From: an uncultured Candidatus Saccharibacteria bacterium
Lineage (GTDB): Bacteria > Patescibacteriota > CAZHWT01
NCBI GenBank assembly: GCA_964554805.1
Contig: CAZKPX010000004.1
Coordinates: 13,638 to 70,438, forward strand
Length of the DNA: 56,801 bases
Reading direction: 5' to 3'
The notes below the pieces were generated by a model. That model was not told the DNA's origin and did not search any database. It was given only the letters and a program-made list of their open reading frames with translations. A program made the translations under genes and the position numbers. Positions 53,180 through 56,801 of the stretch are shown here, in pieces. Every line of letters begins with the position of its first letter. Within the stretch, counting starts at the first letter, position 1.

Positions 53180-54577
53180 TTAGGAAATCAGACTAGCAGA
53201 AATGAATTGCTGCAGCTCTGCAATCGGAAGGCGGTGTTGTTGTTGGGTGTCGCGATTGCGGATGGTGACGGTGTCATCTTCCATGGTGTCAAAATCAATG
53301 GTGATGCACCACGGGGTTCCGATTTCATCTTGGTATAGATACCGCTTGCCAATGTTACCCCGATCATCCCAGGTGGCAGCAAATTGCTTATGCAATGTTT
53401 GATAAACTTGCTGTGCTTTATCCACTAGCTGAGGCTTATTTTTTAGTAGCGGAAAAACGGCTACTTGATATGGGGCGAGTGACGGCTTGAGTGCGAGAAC
53501 AGTGCGCTGATTATCGTCATCCTGACGGTAAGCATCTGATAAAACCATTAAAAATAGTCTGTTTATCCCTACTGCAGGTTCGATAACATGAGGGACAAGC
53601 TTGGCACCAGTCATAGGATCGGTATATTCAAGTGTCTGGCCAGAGAACTTTTGGTGCTGGTTTAGATCATAGTTTGTGCGGTATGCTACGCCCCACAACT
53701 CTTTCCAGCCGAATGAGAACTTATACTCAAGATCGTAGGTGTCATTGCTATAATGACTGCGCTCTTTGTCGGTATGCTGTCGCCAGCGGAGGTTATCTGC
53801 CTGTACGCCGAGCACTTCGGTTACAAATTCCCACATGGCGGCCTTCCAGTCCTCCATCAAAGCCTGCCAGTCAGTTTCTTCAGGATTAAAGAAATACTCG
53901 ATCTCTGCTTGCTCAAACTCTAGGGTGCGGAATACGAACTGACCAGTGGTTATCTCATTGCGGAAAGACTTGCCGATTTGGCCAATACCAAATGGAAGGC
54001 GTACCCGACTGGAATCGATAACATTTTTAAAGTTGGAAAAAATGCCTTGAGCAGTTTCTCCACGGAGATAGACGGTTGATTTTTCACCAGCTACGGCCCC
54101 AATCGCTGTTTCGAACAGCAAATTAAACGCTTTGGGGGCGGTAATAGGATTGCCTTGCGGAGATGTCACTTGGTGCTGCTGGATAAAATCAGCCATTTGC
54201 TCTAAGGTTAAATCTTCAACTTGAACGCCCTGGGGAAACTTGCTTGGATTGGCTTCAACATAGGCTTCAATAAGATGATCCGCGCGAAAACGATTATTGG
54301 TAACAGCATCTTCTACCAGAGGATCGCTAAATGATCCGACGTGACCGGATGCCACCCAGGTTTGTGGATGTAAAATTATTTGCGAATCGAGACCTACCAT
54401 ATCGGGCCGACGAGTAATAAAAAATTGCCACCACTGATTTTTGATTTCTCTCAGAAGTTCAACCCCCAGCGGTCCGTAATCAAATGAATTAGCGAGGCCG
54501 CCATAAATTTCACTGGTTTGATATACATATCCGCGACGCTTGGCTAGGGAAACAATTTTTTCTAGTGAATCTACCAT
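53180..54577 (-). CDS. glyQS: Glycyl-tRNA synthetase, single-chain dimeric (alpha2) type
   Basis: 465 aa. Class II motifs (FRNEITTGQFVFRTLEFEQAEIEYF, GINRL) and a C-terminal anticodon-binding domain. Confidence 0.93.
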   Translation of the reverse strand: MVDSLEKIVSLAKRRGYVYQTSEIYGGLANSFDYGPLGVELLREIKNQWWQFFITRRPDMVGLDSQIILHPQTWVASGHVGSFSDPLVEDAVTNNRFRADHLIEAYVEANPSKFPQGVQVEDLTLEQMADFIQQHQVTSPQGNPITAPKAFNLLFETAIGAVAGEKSTVYLRGETAQGIFSNFKNVIDSSRVRLPFGIGQIGKSFRNEITTGQFVFRTLEFEQAEIEYFFNPEETDWQALMEDWKAAMWEFVTEVLGVQADNLRWRQHTDKERSHYSNDTYDLEYKFSFGWKELWGVAYRTNYDLNQHQKFSGQTLEYTDPMTGAKLVPHVIEPAVGINRLFLMVLSDAYRQDDDNQRTVLALKPSLAPYQVAVFPLLKNKPQLVDKAQQVYQTLHKQFAATWDDRGNIGKRYLYQDEIGTPWCITIDFDTMEDDTVTIRNRDTQQQHRLPIAELQQFISASLIS

Positions 54578-54755
54578 ATTTTGAATACCCGTTTTAAGTT
54601 TTTGGGTGTTACGTTTTTGAGAAATACTACCAAATTAACTAAACTTAAATTATGGGCTTGATTATACCAGAATTGGAAGGATGATTACAGAAGGATTTAA
54701 GCTGTCATCTTGACTAAAGGGCTATAAGAATGGCAGGTTCTGGTATACTTAGGAT

Positions 54756-55874
54756 ATGAAGGTTGCCTTGGTGCACGATTATTTAAATCAATATGGTGGA
54801 GCCGAACGAGTCATGGAAGCGCTCCATGAGTTATTTCCCGAAGCTCCGATTTATACTTCGATCTATGATGCAGCGGCCATGAAAGAGCTGGGATTCAAAG
54901 AGGCGGGCAAAGATATTCGAACATCCTTTATGGAGCGGTTGCCGCTTCGACATAAGCTGCCTCGATATTATTTCACCCTCTTTTATCCGTTCGTGTTTAG
55001 CAAATTTGATATGTCTGCCTACGATGTGATTATTTCCGATGCTTCGTATGCGGCAAAATACGTGAACAAGCGACCAGGAGCGATCCATATTTGTTATTGT
55101 CATACTCCGCCGCGCTTTTTATACGGTTATGATACCGATTCGTCGGCCAAGATGAACTGGCTTGAAAAACAGCTTTCTAGCATCTGGAAAGTGTATCTCA
55201 AATGGCTAGACCAGCATAAAGCCAAGGGCGTTGACGTGTGGATCTCTAACTCCCAATCAATACGGCAGAAGGTCTATCAAGCATATGGGGTTCAATCGGA
55301 GGTGGTCTATCCTCCTGTAGATTTGAATCGTTTCAAAGACCTCGCAACCACCGATAAGGGTTACTTTTTTGTGGTTAGCCGCCTTGGTGAGTATAAACGG
55401 GTTGATTTGATCGTCAAGGCATTTAATCAGCTGGGATGGCCACTTAAGGTAGTTGGTCGAGGGCCACAAAAAGAATACCTTATGTCTATTGCCAAAGATA
55501 ACGTTCATATCATGGAAGCCTTGCCGGATGAAGAAGTGGCTGAGCTGTACGCAAACTGCCGAGCTATGGTCTTGGCTTCCTATGAAGATGCCGGAATTAC
55601 GCCGCTAGAAGCCATGGCATGCGGGAAGCCGGTGGTGGCTTTGGGTCAAGGGGGGTACCTCGAGACTATCGTTGATGGCAAGACTGGTGTCTTTTTTGCT
55701 GAGCAGACTGTCGAAAGCCTTGTTGAAGCTTTAGAGCGTTTTTCGACCATGTCATTTAAACCGGACGATTGTAGAAAGCAGTCGGCATTATTCGGGCCTG
55801 ATTCTTTTAAACAGAAAATTATGGAGATTTATACTCGTACGATAGACACTATAGCAAAAGGAGCAACGTCATGA
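54756..55874 (+). CDS. Glycosyltransferase, GT4 family
   Basis: 372 aa. MKVALVHDYLNQYGGAERV N-terminus and EDAGITPLEAMACGKPVVA motif. Confidence 0.85.
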   Translation: MKVALVHDYLNQYGGAERVMEALHELFPEAPIYTSIYDAAAMKELGFKEAGKDIRTSFMERLPLRHKLPRYYFTLFYPFVFSKFDMSAYDVIISDASYAAKYVNKRPGAIHICYCHTPPRFLYGYDTDSSAKMNWLEKQLSSIWKVYLKWLDQHKAKGVDVWISNSQSIRQKVYQAYGVQSEVVYPPVDLNRFKDLATTDKGYFFVVSRLGEYKRVDLIVKAFNQLGWPLKVVGRGPQKEYLMSIAKDNVHIMEALPDEEVAELYANCRAMVLASYEDAGITPLEAMACGKPVVALGQGGYLETIVDGKTGVFFAEQTVESLVEALERFSTMSFKPDDCRKQSALFGPDSFKQKIMEIYTRTIDTIAKGATS

Positions 55875-56801
55875 AGATTGGTATCGATGGTCGCTTTTAT
55901 GGGCCCAAGCATGCTGGATTGGGTCGATATACCAAAAATCTGATCGACTGGGTAGTCAAGCTGGATAAAGATAATGACTATGTTATTTTCCTTAGCCCGG
56001 ACAATATAGATACATTTGAATGCGAAAACCCGCGGGTCAAAAAAGTGCTGGTGCATTCGAGTCACTACTCAGTTAAAGAGCAGCTAGAAATGCCCAAAGT
56101 TTTGGGTGCTGAAAAGTTAGACTTGGTACATTTCCCTCACCTGAATGTGCCGCTGGCCTATACAGGGTCATTTGTAGTGACAATTCATGATTTGATTATG
56201 CATAAGTTTAAGAATCGGGCTGTCACCACTAAGGTAAAACCGCTGTATGAAGCTAAGCATATGGGCTATCGGGCAGTAACTCGCTGGGCGGCAACTCGGG
56301 CCAAGGCAGTTTTGGTACCATCGCAGTCGGTTAAGGATGAGTTGGAAGATTTTTATCATTTACCGGATGAGCGTGTGTTTGTCACCCTAGAGGCGGCTGA
56401 TGATAAGGCAGCGGCTACTCAACCTGATAAAAAAACTGCCCAGCAGGTTTTGAAGAAATACAAACTACGTGGTCCTTTTGTTATTTATGTCGGCAATGTT
56501 TATCCTCATAAAAATGTTGAGACGCTGGCTAAGGCTATGAAGGGTCTTCATGATAAACACGGTTTAAGCCTGATATTGCCATCTGCTCGCAGTGTATTTT
56601 TGGAACGGACCGAGAAGATGATGGAGGAGCATGGGGTGAGCGACTACGCCGTTTTGCCCGGCTTTGTGCCGGATGAGGATTTATCGATTCTCTACTCACA
56701 GGCTGTAGCCTATGTGTTCCCTACTCTGGCGGAGGGCTTTGGCTTGCCGCCCCTGGAAGCGATGGCTAGCGGCTTGCCGGTGGTTTGCTCTGATTTACCT
56801 G
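55871..56801 (+). CDS. Glycosyltransferase, GT4 family (3' end beyond the window)
   Basis: The ATG at 55871 overlaps the previous stop (ATGA). Frame is open to the window edge: MKIGIDGRFYGPKHAGLGRY...EGFGLPPLEAMASGLPVVCSDLP. Absent from the ORF track because no stop is reached. Confidence 0.85.
   Translation, partial: MKIGIDGRFYGPKHAGLGRYTKNLIDWVVKLDKDNDYVIFLSPDNIDTFECENPRVKKVLVHSSHYSVKEQLEMPKVLGAEKLDLVHFPHLNVPLAYTGSFVVTIHDLIMHKFKNRAVTTKVKPLYEAKHMGYRAVTRWAATRAKAVLVPSQSVKDELEDFYHLPDERVFVTLEAADDKAAATQPDKKTAQQVLKKYKLRGPFVIYVGNVYPHKNVETLAKAMKGLHDKHGLSLILPSARSVFLERTEKMMEEHGVSDYAVLPGFVPDEDLSILYSQAVAYVFPTLAEGFGLPPLEAMASGLPVVCSDLP

Overview
A gene-dense, mostly minus-strand housekeeping region of a small-genome bacterium. 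Compact overlapping operons, extended ribosomal proteins and KSKVK-type low-complexity repeats suggest Patescibacteria/CPR, by inference only. Standard genetic code: TGA terminates several genes. In coordinate order: tRNA-Lys, yraN, rplS, dnaE, gatC-gatA-(small membrane ORF)-gatB, htpX, lemA, tRNA-Asp, a LysM protein, tRNA-Thr, an Ig-like surface protein, a surface-glycan cluster (two Wzy-like ligases, GT4, flippase), lepB, a PRTase, orphan parB, a DUF1566-like fragment, rplU-rpmA, xthA, rodA, ileS, a nucleotide block (cmk-like, damaged tmk, dut, NUDIX), an LPXTG protein with PT repeats, dsbA/dsbB, a complete but atypical dcw cluster, recO, glyQS and two GT4 genes. No CRISPR array, transposase or integrase was seen. 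Top candidate: the murE-murF slot of the dcw cluster holds a translationally coupled pair of apparent pseudoenzymes (an Mpl/MurC-like ligase with no P-loop and a MurA-fold protein lacking catalytic residues) plus a BadF/NagK-type kinase. Also notable: a beta-propeller gene between ftsA and ftsZ, a composite ~315-nt repeat family bracketing mraZ-ftsI-recO, and a predicted MraZ operator.
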